The position numbers and the translations under genes were made by a program. A DNA stretch of 64,000 bases from Emiliania huxleyi CCMP1516. Lineage: Eukaryota. The DNA lies in the NCBI RefSeq assembly GCF_000372725.1, contig NW_005201360.1, forward strand, positions 22,881-86,880, given 5' to 3'. Positions within the stretch are counted from its first letter, which is position 1. Every line of letters begins with the position of its first letter. The notes beneath the pieces were generated by a model, which saw only the letters and a list, made by a program, of their open reading frames with translations, was not told the origin of the DNA and ran no database searches. This document shows, one piece after another, positions 35,382 through 47,634 of the stretch.

Positions 35382-38010
35382 CTCGGCGGCAGCCCCGCAG
35401 GCTCGGGTCGCTGCAACCTCGAGTCGGGCTGGAGCGGCTGGGCGGCGCGGGGGCCAGCGTCGGCGGCGCCGCCCCGCCGCCGCCTCGACTCCTCCTCCTC
35501 CTCCGTCGCTGTCTACATCTTTCGACGGCATGCGCCGCCTCGCAGGGCGCGTCCAGAGCAGCTCGGGCGGCGCTGCTGCGGCGGGGGCGGATGGCGCGGT
35601 CGCCGCGCCGCTCATCGGTGAGCCGGCGCTCCCGCGCGGCGCTCCGGCGGCCGGCGGCGTGTTTCGCCGCTGCGGAGGGCGTTGTCGTCGCGAGGGGCGG
35701 GCCCACGGCGGCGGAGGCGCTGCGCTGACGGCCGCTGACGGCGGCGGTGAGGGCCCAAGCGCCGGCCGAAGAAGCGTTGCCGCGATTGCCGTGGCGTGCC
35801 GCTTGGCGGGCCCGGCGAGCGGTCCCCGCCGGTCGGGGCTGCCAGCGCTGCACGGTGCGAGCCGCAACTCCCGCCCCCCGCCACCTCTCGCCCCTCCCCC
35901 AGCCCTCTCCCTCGGCCCCGCCTCTCGCCCCGCCCGGGACTCTCCCCACGCCGCCTCTCCGCCACCCGCCAGCCATCCCCGCCCCCGCCACCTCGGCCCT
36001 AGCGCGCACCCGCACGCGTCCCTGCCGCAGACTGGCGCGGCGACAAGGCGATCGAGGCCGAGCATATGCGCTGGAGGCGACGGCCTCGACTTGCGCGCGA
36101 TCGGCGCCTCGCTCCTCTCGGCTCGGCAACGATACGCGGCGCGCCAGCGTCGGCCCGCTCAAGGCTGCCCCGCACACACCCCTCTGGGGGTGGCGTCCTA
36201 CCTTCTCCCCCCCCCCTGCCCCTTGGCCCCCCTCCCCTTTTACAGGGGGGGGGGGGGCCCCCCCTCATCCCGCAGAGCTGGGGCCCCTCTCCTTTCGGTG
36301 GGGTCACCGTCCCCCCCACCCCCGGCGGCACCGTTTGACCTGGTCGCCTCTCCCCGGGGCCCCTTCCACGCAGTCCGTGGCACGGGCTTCCCCAGCGGGG
36401 CCGGGAAGGAGAGGCTTTTGCCCCCCCCCCCCCACCAACCACCACCACCGCTAGGGCCGACGGACGCCCCGCGCCTGCGTCCACCCCCCGCCGCCGAGGC
36501 GCATGGCGGCGCCTCGAGAGAGCCGCCGCGCGGCGCGGTCGCCGGTCGGGCGCAGAGGGCCGGGCGCCGGTCTCCGGAGCCGGGGGGCCGCCCGTGGGGC
36601 GAGGAGGGCGGAGGGGCGCGGCGGGGCCCGCCCAGCGGTGGGGGGGGCCGCGGCGGGGGCGTCCCGGTCCCGTGCACCGAGGCGGGGCGGCGGGGTGTGG
36701 TGCGGCGAGGTCGGTGTGCCGTCCGCCCCGGTCCCGGAGCCCGTCTCCCGGCTCCGCGGGGCCCAAGTCGCTTCGTTTCGGGTGTGTTTGGCTTTGTTTG
36801 CAGTCGGTGTGCGCGTTTCCTAGTCAAAACGTCGCGTTCGGTTCGCATTTGCATCCCCAGTCCCATTCCATTCGGCTTCGGGGCGAATCGGTATGACTGG
36901 GACCGCAGTTTCCCCAGTGTGTCCGCGCCTCGGCTCGTAATGGTCTCACCCAATCAAAGCGGCGCCCTCCGGCGTACCACTTAGAGGAATACGCATTTCT
37001 GCGGCGAATACAAACGCGAGTACGCGCACCGGCGCGGACACACTGGGGCTTGTCTGGCGGTGCTGCCCGCGCGGTCGGTACCGCCCTCTCGGCCACCCAA
37101 GCAGGTGGATAGGTGAGGAGACGCGCAGAACGGCGGCCGCGAGGCAGCCGGCGCGGTGCTCCCTCGGCGCGGTTCGCCGGAGCAGACTTTTGCTTACGGT
37201 TTGAGCCGCGGCCCGGTAGGTTGACTGAGCGGCTGGTGCGTGTGAGGCGGTGCTGGGCGGGGTTGGGTCGCCACTGCGCGATCCGGCCCCAGTCTCGGTT
37301 ACGTAGACGCCTGGTCAGCACGTGCCGCCGCGGGGACTCACCCTCCCCCGACGCAAAAGCTCCCTCGCTGTGCCCCTCCGGACTGGATGGGGCCGCCTGG
37401 GCAGCGGCTGTGTGTGAGAAGCAGATGGTTTCCCGATGGGCAGACGCTTCGTGCGCCTCACCCCGCAGCGCGGCTGGCTCGCAGCTCGGAGGTTTCCTCT
37501 GGGCGCGGGTCGGCTGGCTGCACTGTCGGTGGCGGTGGCGCCTCGACTGGCCCCGCGTAACAAGGCCCTGGCGGGCTCAGCGGTGCAGCCCTCCCCTTAC
37601 GGAGCGGCTCCCGCCCTGCTGTGGAGCTGCGGCGTGTCGGTTGTGATGCGCTTCTAGCCACCGAGCGGTCGTGCGAATCCTTGAGTGGAGGCGCGATGCG
37701 CGCGGCGCCCCGCGAGGCCGCCCGTACTGGGCCGGCCCGCGGCTTGGCGCTGCGCGAGGGCTGCGTCTCTGACTAGAGCCGCGCTCCGTAACATGATTAC
37801 GACACGTGTCCTTGGCTTTGTTGGCCTTGGAGTGAGCACTGTCGGTCAGACTCTGGGCGGCCGCGCGCGGTGGTCTCTTGTCCCCTCCGGAGACGGAGGG
37901 CTCTGACTCGGACCGCGCGCGCTGGCCTGCCCCTGTCTGGTCCGGGACTTCCGTTGTGGGAGGGGGTCTGGTCTCCGACTAGGCTCCCTCCCCGCGGGTT
38001 GTCTGCGGGC
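35382..38010 (+). other. rDNA IGS / 5' external transcribed spacer
   Basis: Non-coding, very GC-rich with G/C runs, directly upstream of 18S; start site not located. Confidence 0.6.
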
Positions 38011-38856
38011 TACCTGGTTGATCCTGCCAGTAGTCATATGCTTGTCTCAAAGATTAAGCCATGCATGTCTAAGTATAAGCGACTATACTGTGAAACTGCG
38101 AATGGCTCATTAAATCAGTTATGGTTTATTTGATGGTACCTTGCTACTTGGATAACCGTAGTAATTCTAGAGCTAATACATGCAGGAGTTCCCGACTCAC
38201 GGAGGGATGTATTTATTAGATAAGAAACCAAACCGGTCTCCGGTTGCGTGCTGAGTCATAATAACTGCTCGAATCGCACGGCTCTACGCCGGCGATGGTT
38301 CATTCAAATTTCTGCCCTATCAGCTTTCGATGGTAGGATAGAGGCCTACCATGGCGTTAACGGGTAACGGAGAATTAGGGTTCGATTCCGGAGAGGGAGC
38401 CTGAGAAATGGCTACCACATCCAAGGAAGGCAGCAGGCGCGTAAATTGCCCGAATCTTGACACAGGGAGGTAGTGACAAGAAATAACAATACAGGGCTAT
38501 TTTAGTCTTGTAATTGGAATGAGTACAATTTACATCTCTTCACGAGGATCAATTGGAGGGCAAGTCTGGTGCCAGCAGCCGCGGTAATTCCAGCTCCAAT
38601 AGCGTATATTAAAGTTGTTGCAGTTAAAACGCTCGTAGTCGGATTTCGGGGCGGGCCGACCGGTCTGCCGATGGGTATGCACTGGCCGGCGCGTCCTTCC
38701 ACCCGGAGACCGCGCCTACTCTTAACTGAGCGGGCGCGGGAGACGGGTCTTTTACTTTGAAAAAATCAGAGTGTTTCAAGCAGGCAGTCGCTCTTGCATG
38801 GATTAGCATGGGATAATGAAATAGGACTCTGGTGCTATTTTGTTGGTTTCGAACAC

Positions 38857-38889
<33 letters not shown>

Positions 38890-39104
38890 CTCGTATTCCG
38901 CCGAGAGAGGTGAAATTCTCAGACCAGCGGAAGACGAACCACTGCGAAAGCATTTGCCAGGGATGTTTTCACTGATCAAGAACGAAAGTTAGGGGATCGA
39001 AGACGATCAGATACCGTCGTAGTCTTAACCATAAACCATGCCGACTAGGGATTGGAGGATGTTCCATTTGTGACTCCTTCAGCACCTTTCGGGAAACTAA
39101 AGTC

Positions 39105-39183
<79 letters not shown>

Positions 39184-39290
39184 GCGGCTTAATTTGACTC
39201 AACACGGGGAAACTTACCAGGTCCAGACATTGTGAGGATTGACAGATTGAGAGCTCTTTCTGATTCGATGGGTGGTGGTGCATGGCCGTC
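38011..39290 (+). rRNA. 18S rRNA, partial (cut by gap), haptophyte-like
   Basis: TACCTGGTTGATCCTGCCAG start, GTGCCAGCAGCCGCGGTAA, AAACTTAAAGGAATTGACGG. Confidence 0.99.
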
Positions 39291-39577
39291 NNNNNNNNNN
39301 NNNNNNNNNNNNNNNNNNNNNNNNNNNNNNNNNNNNNNNNNNNNNNNNNNNNNNNNNNNNNNNNNNNNNNNNNNNNNNNNNNNNNNNNNNAGCAAAAGGT
39401 CAGCTGACCCTCGCCGAAGCGACGGCCTTCCTCGGGCGGTTCGGCCAGGCCTTCAAAGCGAGCGCGCCGTCGCCTGCGGCGCCCACTACCCCCTACGAAG
39501 CGCTCGTCCGCCGCGTCGACGCCGGCGGGCAGTTTGATGAGTTCATGGAGAAGACCATCCCGTTTATCTGCACCGAA

Positions 39578-40070
39578 GAACGTCCGCCAAATCCGTGCTT
39601 TCGCGCAACTTGAGGGGAAGCCGCTGACGTGCCCGCGGCGCCGCGCAGCACCGCCGCTGCGGAATCGGATCGAGCCCATGGAGGAGGAGGGCGCAGTCCG
39701 CCAGCGCAGCAGGCGGAGTCCCTCCCCGCGCCGGAGCCCCCCTGCAGTCGAGGGAGTCCTCGTTGGCGATGAAGGTGGCGACATCGAATCGCGGCCGACA
39801 GACGTCACGTGGGAGGAATGGGCGATGAGCGGGAACGATGCGCGCTACGACGCCGACTCCGCCGTGCTCGTGGCCGCCAAGCAGAAAGCCGCGCTCCAGG
39901 AGCACGCCAAGATGCAATGCATCGATTCAGCTCTCTCGGCAGCAGAAGTGGGGCTGGAGCGGGTGGGGGTGGATGCCGATTGAGGGGGAGCGTCTCCAGC
40001 TGCGCCCTGTGGCAGCTGCGCCCTGTGGCAGCTAGTCGAGGGACTTGGTAGTTGTGACCCCCCTGAGTGA
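39578..40070 (+). repeat. ~500-bp dispersed repeat, inverted relative to 185-695
   Basis: Direct sequence match. Confidence 0.85.
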
Positions 40071-40469
40071 GGACAGGAGAGAGAGAGCGTTTTGTGGTGT
40101 TGGTGTACGCAATAACGGGACAGGGTGGTTGTTCTTCTATCTCCTCTTCTAGCTCTTAGCATGAGCTGCGCCCGGTGTCCGACCCCTTTTGCGCAGCAAC
40201 ACCTTAAACTTTTCAGGCCCTCCAAATTCGGGTCGGAGCGTAGCGGAGTGGGCCCCGAGTTTGAAAAGGGCGACGGACGCTTGCGTCCTAGCCTCCAACA
40301 ACGCCTCCCCGGCGCAGAGGGGCCCCCGGAGGGATGCACAACCGCTCCACGCCACGCCGCTTGCGGCGGTCCTCTTCCCAGCTCCGCTGAGGGCCCGTGC
40401 GTTATTCACCGAACCAGCAGCTCCGAGCTCGCTCACGCACGCGTGTGTGTGTGCGCGCCTGCCTGCTCA

Positions 40470-41480
40470 ATGACATTCCTCCGCATCTGCGTCACCGCCC
40501 TGCTCGCGAGCTTGGCGGCAGCCACGCGGTGCTTGCCCTCCTGCGGCGTGCGCGCCGCGGTTTGCGCGCCCCGTGTACGCGTCGCAGCCTCTGCGGCGCT
40601 TGGCGAGGACGGCGCAGCAGCAGCGTGGTATTCCGACGAGGCGGACGGCGCAGCAGCAGCGGAGCCCGCCGCGGCGTCGCAGCAGGCTGCGGCGGCAGCG
40701 GACGCGGTGGATGGCGCGGTGCCGGACACGGCTCCGGCCGCGGCCTCTCCGTCGGAGCTGCCGAAGCTGCCCAGCGAGCCGGCGGAGCCTGAAGGCCCGC
40801 CGACGCAGCTGCTGGAGACGTCCGACCTGGTCAACACGCGGTGGGAGCTGTTGGTGGTGCCGCGCGAGGAAGGGTGGCTTCCGTCGGACGACTTTCTCGC
40901 CGAGGTACGCCCGCCCGCCCCGTCCAAAAAGCTGCCCTAGGCGGCGGCGGCGGCGGTGGGGACAGAGAGAGAGTAGAGAGGTCTCGAGGGTCCCTCCACC
41001 TGCCCCCCTCGTGGCCCGCTGCTCCACCCGGACGGCCCCCTCACCGCAGGTGACGCTGCTCGCCGACGGCTCCGTCGTCTGGGGCGGTGCGGTCGGCGGG
41101 CCGGGCACAGGCCGCCCGACGCTCCGCCGGCGAGCTGCAGAGGATCAAGAGCCCTTTTCCCGTGGAGCCCTTCCCCGACCCTCCCTCTCAGGCGGCCGCT
41201 GGACGCTCAACGGCGAGACGCTGGAGATCATCCGGACGACGCCGCTCGGGCTGGTGAGCGGACGCGACTACTACATGTCCAACGCGCTCGCCGAGGTGCC
41301 ACGCACTGCTGCCGCTGGCGGAGCCGTCTCGGAGCCTCTTTGGAGCCTTCGCGGAGCCGCCCCCGTAGGTGACGAGCGGGCTGCAGCTCGCGCTGCGCGG
41401 CGTGATCCGCTCGTACAACGCGATCTACCCCGTCGCTGTCGTCGCCGACTTCGTCGCCGTCAGGTGCGAGCCAAGACAGA
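40470..41480 (+). CDS. hypothetical signal-peptide protein, multi-exon
   Basis: MTFLRICVTALLASLAAA start; short coding blocks bounded by GT/GC..AG; 3' end confused by fold-back. Confidence 0.55.
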
Positions 41481-41744
41481 GGGAGAAGAAATCGAGCCTA
41501 GAGCCTCGCATCGGCCGCAGGAACGGCGGAGCCCTTCTCGCGCCCACACGCAAGCACACGCCCATAGTTTGGGACAGCACCGCCTGTCCCAAACTATGGG
41601 CGTGTGCTTGCGTGTGGGCGCGAGAAGGGCTCCGCCGTTCATGCGGCCGATGCGAAGGCTCTAGGCTCGATTTCTTGCTCCCTCTGTCTTGGCTCGCACC
41701 CTGACGGCGACCGAAGTCGGCGACGACAGCGACGGGGTAGATCG
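41421..41744. repeat. ~160-bp-arm palindrome next to gap
   Basis: 41421-41577 is reverse complement of 41584-41744 with a few indels. Confidence 0.9.
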
Positions 41745-42658
41745 NNNNNNNNNNNNNNNNNNNNNNNNNNNNNNNNNNNNNNNNNNNNNNNNNNNNNNNN
41801 NNNNNNNNNNNNNNNNNNNNNNNNNNNNNNNNNNNNNNNNNNNNCCCCTTCCCGTGAAACTTTAGGTTTTCGGCATAATTTTTTCAGAGGTGGTTTTTCA
41901 GGCCATTCCGACCGATTTGTGCGCAGACTTGGGCGAGGACTAACGACGGGCCTTACTCCGGGACTGCCCCCGGGCCGGGCGGCGGGGCGGTGGCGGCGCG
42001 CGGCGATCACACACACGCAGCGGAGAGGCGGAGGAGGTCAGCGCTCGCTCTCTCCCCACCTCTACTTTTCTCCTGTGGTCGCATCTGCAAGTGTGCATGC
42101 GCTTTTGCGCGTCGGCCGTCGCCCGTCGCCCGTCGCCGTCGCGCGGGCGGTCGATTTTTTGGATTTGGTTGTCGCGCTCGTCTCTGAAAAGCCGTGTCCC
42201 GTTCACCCGTGTATATAGGGCGATCGTTCCACCGCCAAATGTGTACGACAGGCCTCGCGATCGGAGGACGCCACACGGTGAAAGAAGCCCGCCGCGCCAA
42301 CCCGCGGCGCTCTCACGCACAACTCGCGTCCCCAGGAACAGGGACAGGACACGAGCCAAGTCCCAAGCAAGACATGTGTGATCGCTCCCCTCCGCCGGCC
42401 GCAGGCCCTTAGTCCCTTCGCCCCCTCACGCAAGCGCGCCCCATATGCCCTCTCCAAGCCCGAGACTCCATCCCTACGCACGCCGCCGTCCCCCTCCAAA
42501 CGCACGTGGCCGCCCACCGCTGGCGCGAACGGCTGCACACGCGCACCCGGAGCGGCGACGGCGGATTGCGGCTGGCTGGCTGGCTAGCGGCGGCGGCGGC
42601 GGCGGGCGGGAGGCAAGGGTCTCGCGCCTCTAGTGCCGTCCTCGCGACAGCCCGCGCT

Positions 42659-45099
42659 CTACAGCTTGTCGGCATCCTCAACGGTCCAGACCATCGCCGG
42701 GTCGAGGTAGACCTTCCCGTTCCCCTTTTTCTCCTGGTAGAACTGTGCCATGACGTGGCCCAACCTACTGCCACACCAGCACCGTCTGACCCATCCTTGG
42801 CAGACGCGACGCAACCACGCGGGCCCCGCCTGGCCGGCGACTTGGAGACCCTGCAGCCAGCCTGAGTCAGCGCTTTGATCTTTCCCTTCGCCGTGCCCGC
42901 GTTGCCCGCCGTGATCGCTCCCGCGTGGCCCATCCGGCGGCCGGGCGGCGCCGTGGTGCCTATCGAGGCCAAAAGGACGGCGGTCGAAAGACTCGAGGCG
43001 GCGGGGGACGGGGGACGGGGGCGGGGGCGGCAGACACGCGCCGGCGATGAAGTTGACGACGGGCTTGAAGTTCGTCATGTTCGCCTCCTGAATGAACGCC
43101 GCCGCCTGCTCCTCCGCGTCGCCTCCGATCTCGCCTGCTCGCCAGAGGCACGGGTGCGGGAGCGTCTCCCGCCCGCCCTCTCCAAGCCACGGAAGGAGTC
43201 TGCTCGCAGTCTGACGCGGCGCTACGTCTCGCGCTACATCTCGCTACATCTCGCTGCATCTCCGCGCGCACCGATCATGATGATGCCCTCCGTCTCCGGG
43301 TCGGCGTAAAAGTACCTGCGGGAGCACGGCAGGCCGGGATGAGCGCCTCGGGCGAGCCGTCGCGCACTGCTCGGCGCCGCGTGGCGTAACTCGAGCGCAT
43401 CGAGGAAGTTTGTGGTTATTAATTCGTGATTATTAATCAGCCGCGTGGCGCACTCGAGCGCGTCGAGGAAGTTTGTTCCGTTGAATGGGTCGCCGCCGAT
43501 GCCGATGACCATCGACTGGCCGAGCCCCTCGGTGAGGTCGACCTCGTCGTGGAGCGCCGTCGTCTGGTGCACCGCCTGAGGCGAGGTGACGGGGCCGGTC
43601 AGGCGAGGTGGGGTCGGGAGGGGGGAGGGGGAAGGTGACGGACAGACTCTCTGCTGGCGGGGCCTCTTGCGCTGGCGGGGCATGGGGCGATGCCTTCCCC
43701 CCCTCCCCCCCTCCCTCCCGCGGGAGCGAGGCAGGAGGCGCGCGGCGCTACTCGCAGCGCGAGGCGGGGAGAGGCGCGGGGCGGCGCGCGCCTCGTACGT
43801 CAGCGTGCCCGAGCGCGAGACGATCCCGATCTTCCCCTTCTTGTGGATGTAGCCGGGCATGATGCCAATCTTGCACGAGCCTCCGGCGGCGTCTTGCGGG
43901 TTGATGATGCCTGTGCGGCACGGGTGGCGGGGGTGGGAGGAGGGGGCGGAGGGGCGCGCCGCCTCCCTCGTCGCGAGGTGGCGCCCGGGCAGTTGGGCCC
44001 GATCAGCCGCGTCTTCGTCTGGCTCATCAGCGCTTTTTTTACCTGCGCAGAAGGGGCGCGACGAGGCGAGGTGGGGGCGGTCTGGGAAAGAGCGCGGCGA
44101 TGCAGCTGCGGAGCGCGGCACGCTGAACCACGTCATGACGCGGGGGTGTCTCGGCTGTGTCTCGGACGTATCCCGGAGGCTTCTCGGCGGTGTCTCACGA
44201 GTGACTCGGCGATGTCTCGGCATGTCTCGGCATGTCTCGGCATGTCTCGGCATGTCTCGGCGATGTCTCGGCGATGTCTCGGAAGGATTGGAGAGGCGTG
44301 ACGCGCTTCACCTGAACCATGTCATGCTGCGGCACGCCCTCCGTGATGCAGACTACCAGCGGGATCTCGGCCGCGATGGCCTCCATGATGGCGCCCTTCG
44401 CACCGGGCGGAGGCACCTACCGGGTGGAGGGAGAGGAGGAGGGAGAGGAGGAGGGAGAGGAGGGCAGCAGGAGAGGGGCGTGGGTGGCAGCGGCGGGAGG
44501 GGGGAGGGCGTCGTGCGGGGAGGTGCCGCCCGGCGGGGGAAGGGGGGAGGCGTGGAGCGCACGAAGAGGACTGCGGCATCGCAGTCGGTCTCCTTCTTGG
44601 CCTCTGCCATCGTAGTGTAGAGTGGCAGCTCAAAGCCCTGCGCGTCCATGTCTGTCTTCGTGCCGCCCTTCTTGGGGTGCGTGCCGCCGACCTGTCCGGT
44701 GCGGGATGGCGATCGAGTGGGCGCCGAGAGCGCTGGGGCTTGGCCACGCACGCGGAGCGACAGCCGCCCCACCCCCGGAGCATACGTCACGTGGGATTTG
44801 CGATGCGGAAGAGAGCGTGCGTGGGGGCAGAGAAGTTGGGCGTCGCTCGGGCTTCGCGGGACGCGTCGCACATAATTGGAGCCGTAGTCGATCCCCCCCT
44901 TGACGTGGAAGGCGCCCGTCTTACCCGTGATGCCCGCACAGATGACCTTTGTGTCGGGGTAGACGGCAGGCGGCGGCGCCTTGCCGGCGGCATACGCCTT
45001 TTTAATGACGTCCTTGTGCTTGGGCTGGGTGCTGAACCCTCTCCGCGCCAGCTGCGATCGGCCAATGGCGCGCGCCGGGGCAGCTGCTGAGCTCCGCAT
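42659..45099 (-). CDS. SUCLG1: succinyl-CoA ligase alpha subunit (mitochondrial), multi-exon
   Basis: [61 protein letters not shown]. Confidence 0.96.
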
Positions 45100-45404
45100 A
45101 TATGGCGGGCAGAGGAGGGCTTTGCTGATCGTCGGCCGATCAAGTCCTCGGCGTCGGAAGCATGTTTTTCTTTCTCGGCGAGATATCTTTATCCCTAGAA
45201 GGCCGTCCGGGCTAACAAAGGCCGTCCGGGCGAACCAAACCGCGAGGGGGGGACGGCGAGTCGTGTAGGAAGGGAAATTCTCTTCATCACGCAAAGATGC
45301 GGCGCGGGGAGAGCGACAAGACACCACACCACCACCTCCACAGTTAGAGCAACCCTCCGACTGCGCCAGGCCTAAATTGGCTCCCGCTTGTGCGGGCGCA
45401 CGTC

Positions 45405-46851
45405 ATGTGGCCGCGGTCGCGCTTGCTTCTGCTCGCGCTGCTCCTGCGCTGTATCGCGGCGGTGACCTGCCGCCGACCGGGGCCCCGGCTTCGCGGCGGA
45501 GGCGGCCTCGGAGGGAGGCGGCCTGGGCGGCGGCGCTCGAGGCGCGTGCAGATGGTGAGCAGAGAGGACGCCGAGTCCAACGCGCGGCTGATGGGCGCGC
45601 TCTTTGGCAGCGCCGAGGAGGCGGCGGACGCCGCCGAGCACGACCAGTCCGTCTCCTCGCACCTCAAAGTGCATCGCGACGAGGACGGCGACCTGGTGCA
45701 GCTTCGATTCGTGTACGTAGACGAGGTGGACTGCATCGGCTGCACCTATTGCGCCGGCGTGGCGCGAAACACCTTCTTCATGGAGGAGGAGGCTGGGCGG
45801 GCGCGCGCCTTTCTGCAGGGCGGAGACGACCCGGAGGCGAGCGCGAGCGTATTATATCATATTATATATTATATTATATTAGAGACGACCCGGAGGTGAG
45901 CGCGAGCGTCGCAAGGCGTGCGTGCGCCGGCGATCTCTCCTCACCGCGCTACTCGCCCCTCCCCGCCCCGCCAGGTGATCGCGGAGGCAATCGAGTGCTG
46001 TCCCGTCAACTGCATCAACTACGTCGACTATGAGAACCTGGAGATCCTCGAAAAGGTCTGTTCCTTCTACAGCCGAGACACGTCCGACACCTCCGAAATT
46101 GGGACGCTTCCGAGACACCTCTGAGACACCTCTGAGACACGAACGAGACACCTTCGACAGTGGGAAGGCCTTCCGAAACACCTCCGAGGCACCCTCCCTT
46201 CCCTCTCCTCACACACCTCTCACGCACCGCGCCCACTTCCACCAATCCCGCACCCCTCCTCTCCCCTCCCTCCGCCGACACGGTCCGCCGACACGCTCTC
46301 CGGATGCTCCTCCCGCCAGGAGAGGGACGGCGATGGGGTTGTCCTGAGGCCAAAGGGGTGCGGCGGACCGCAGCAGGTGGAGACAAAGTCGACTCACGGG
46401 TGCCACCCCTGCCCTCTCCCCCCTCCCCCTCCCCCTCCCCGTCGAGGCTGCAGCCACCGGCCCCTCCCCGACACGCACACAGCCGTCCTCCGCACCGGCC
46501 CTCGCTCACACACGCACACGCGCCGCCTCCCAGAGGCAAACCACTCGCGCCTAGACCCGTGCCTAGACCCGCGCCGCACGTCCGCCGTCGCAGGAGCGGG
46601 AACGGAAGAGGGAGGCGAGCGGCGCGGCGGCGGCGGAGCGGGAGGAGGAGGAGCGCGCCACGCTCGTCGACGCCCTCTTCGACGGCGGCGACGCCGACGG
46701 CGGCGACGTTGTCGATCCACTCGCAGAGGCGGAGGCGCGCAACCAGCAGGCTGCCGGGGAGCCGGTGGCGGCGGAGAAGGGGGCGGGGAACGCTGCCGCC
46801 TTCGACACGCTCTTTGCGGACGACTACTTCATCCCCCCCGAGCCGCCGTAG
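45405..46851 (+). CDS. 4Fe-4S ferredoxin-domain protein (like the Fd domain of plastid DnaJ-Fer proteins), multi-exon
   Basis: VYVDEVDCIGCTYCA...F.ME..GRAR...AIECCPVNCI; N-terminal targeting peptide. Confidence 0.85.
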
Positions 46852-47634
46852 CCGCGCGGCGGCGTGCGCCGCGCGGATCGCGCGTCATAGGTGTCAGGGA
46901 GCATGTCTTGAGTGCCGTGGTGTCGGAGCAGCGGGGGAGGCGCCGCGCAGGAGCTGCGCCCTCAGCGCGCATAGGAGCAGGTAGAGGTCACACCATGTAG
47001 TTGCGGCTCCCGGCAGGGGACAAGGGTCGCGTGGCGTACGATGCTACGGCACGCTCCTGCGAGTCTCTCCGTACTCCGACGGCCCGTGGGCTCCTCCGCA
47101 TTTTAGCCAGTCCGGTCCGCGTCCGGGTTTGTCCGCGCAGCGTTGCCGTTGCCCGTTGGGGATGCCCAGTTCGACTGCCGCAGTTGATGGGTCGTCCGCC
47201 CTCGCCGCATGCAACAACTATCAGCTATCACATGCAGTGTTGACTTGTACCATTAACAGAGCTGCTAGGCTGGTGAAACAACTCCTGTTGTGAAAAACAC
47301 ACACTACATCAAATCAAATGCGAATCCTTTTTTTATCCCCAGGTCCCCAGCGCCCAGGGCAGGATTGAGAGACCACTCGCGACCCGGTAGCGCGTATAAC
47401 GTAGAGCCGTATGACACGAGCGGCGACACGACCCACGAGCGCACGAGGTCTTGTCGTTTGTCCCTCTCTCAAGTGGTCTCGCGTCTGCTGTGTGGCAGTG
47501 CGCCAGTGCGGGCAGCTCCCCGCACATCTCTCTCTCCGGACCGCTCTCCGGTGGGCCACTCTCCTCCCCGCGTCTCGAGCGCTGGCGACCCTTTGTGTGT
47601 GACGCGCCCCGCCGACGCGCAGCCCCGCCCCCCG

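Noticed and set aside
35064..37900. Several long Arg/Ala/Pro/Gly ORFs
   Set aside because: Expected in very GC-rich rDNA spacer; no domain signal
39143..39808. ORFs spanning 18S and the N gap
   Set aside because: Artefacts of Ns and rRNA antisense
41421..41744. Long perfect-looking hairpin (possible miRNA/siRNA precursor or fold-back element)
   Set aside because: The second arm carries scattered single-base indels and runs into an N gap; most likely a fold-back read or assembly artefact
41845..42400. Possible transposon end beginning CCCTT after the gap
   Set aside because: Flank hidden by Ns; no matching opposite end found
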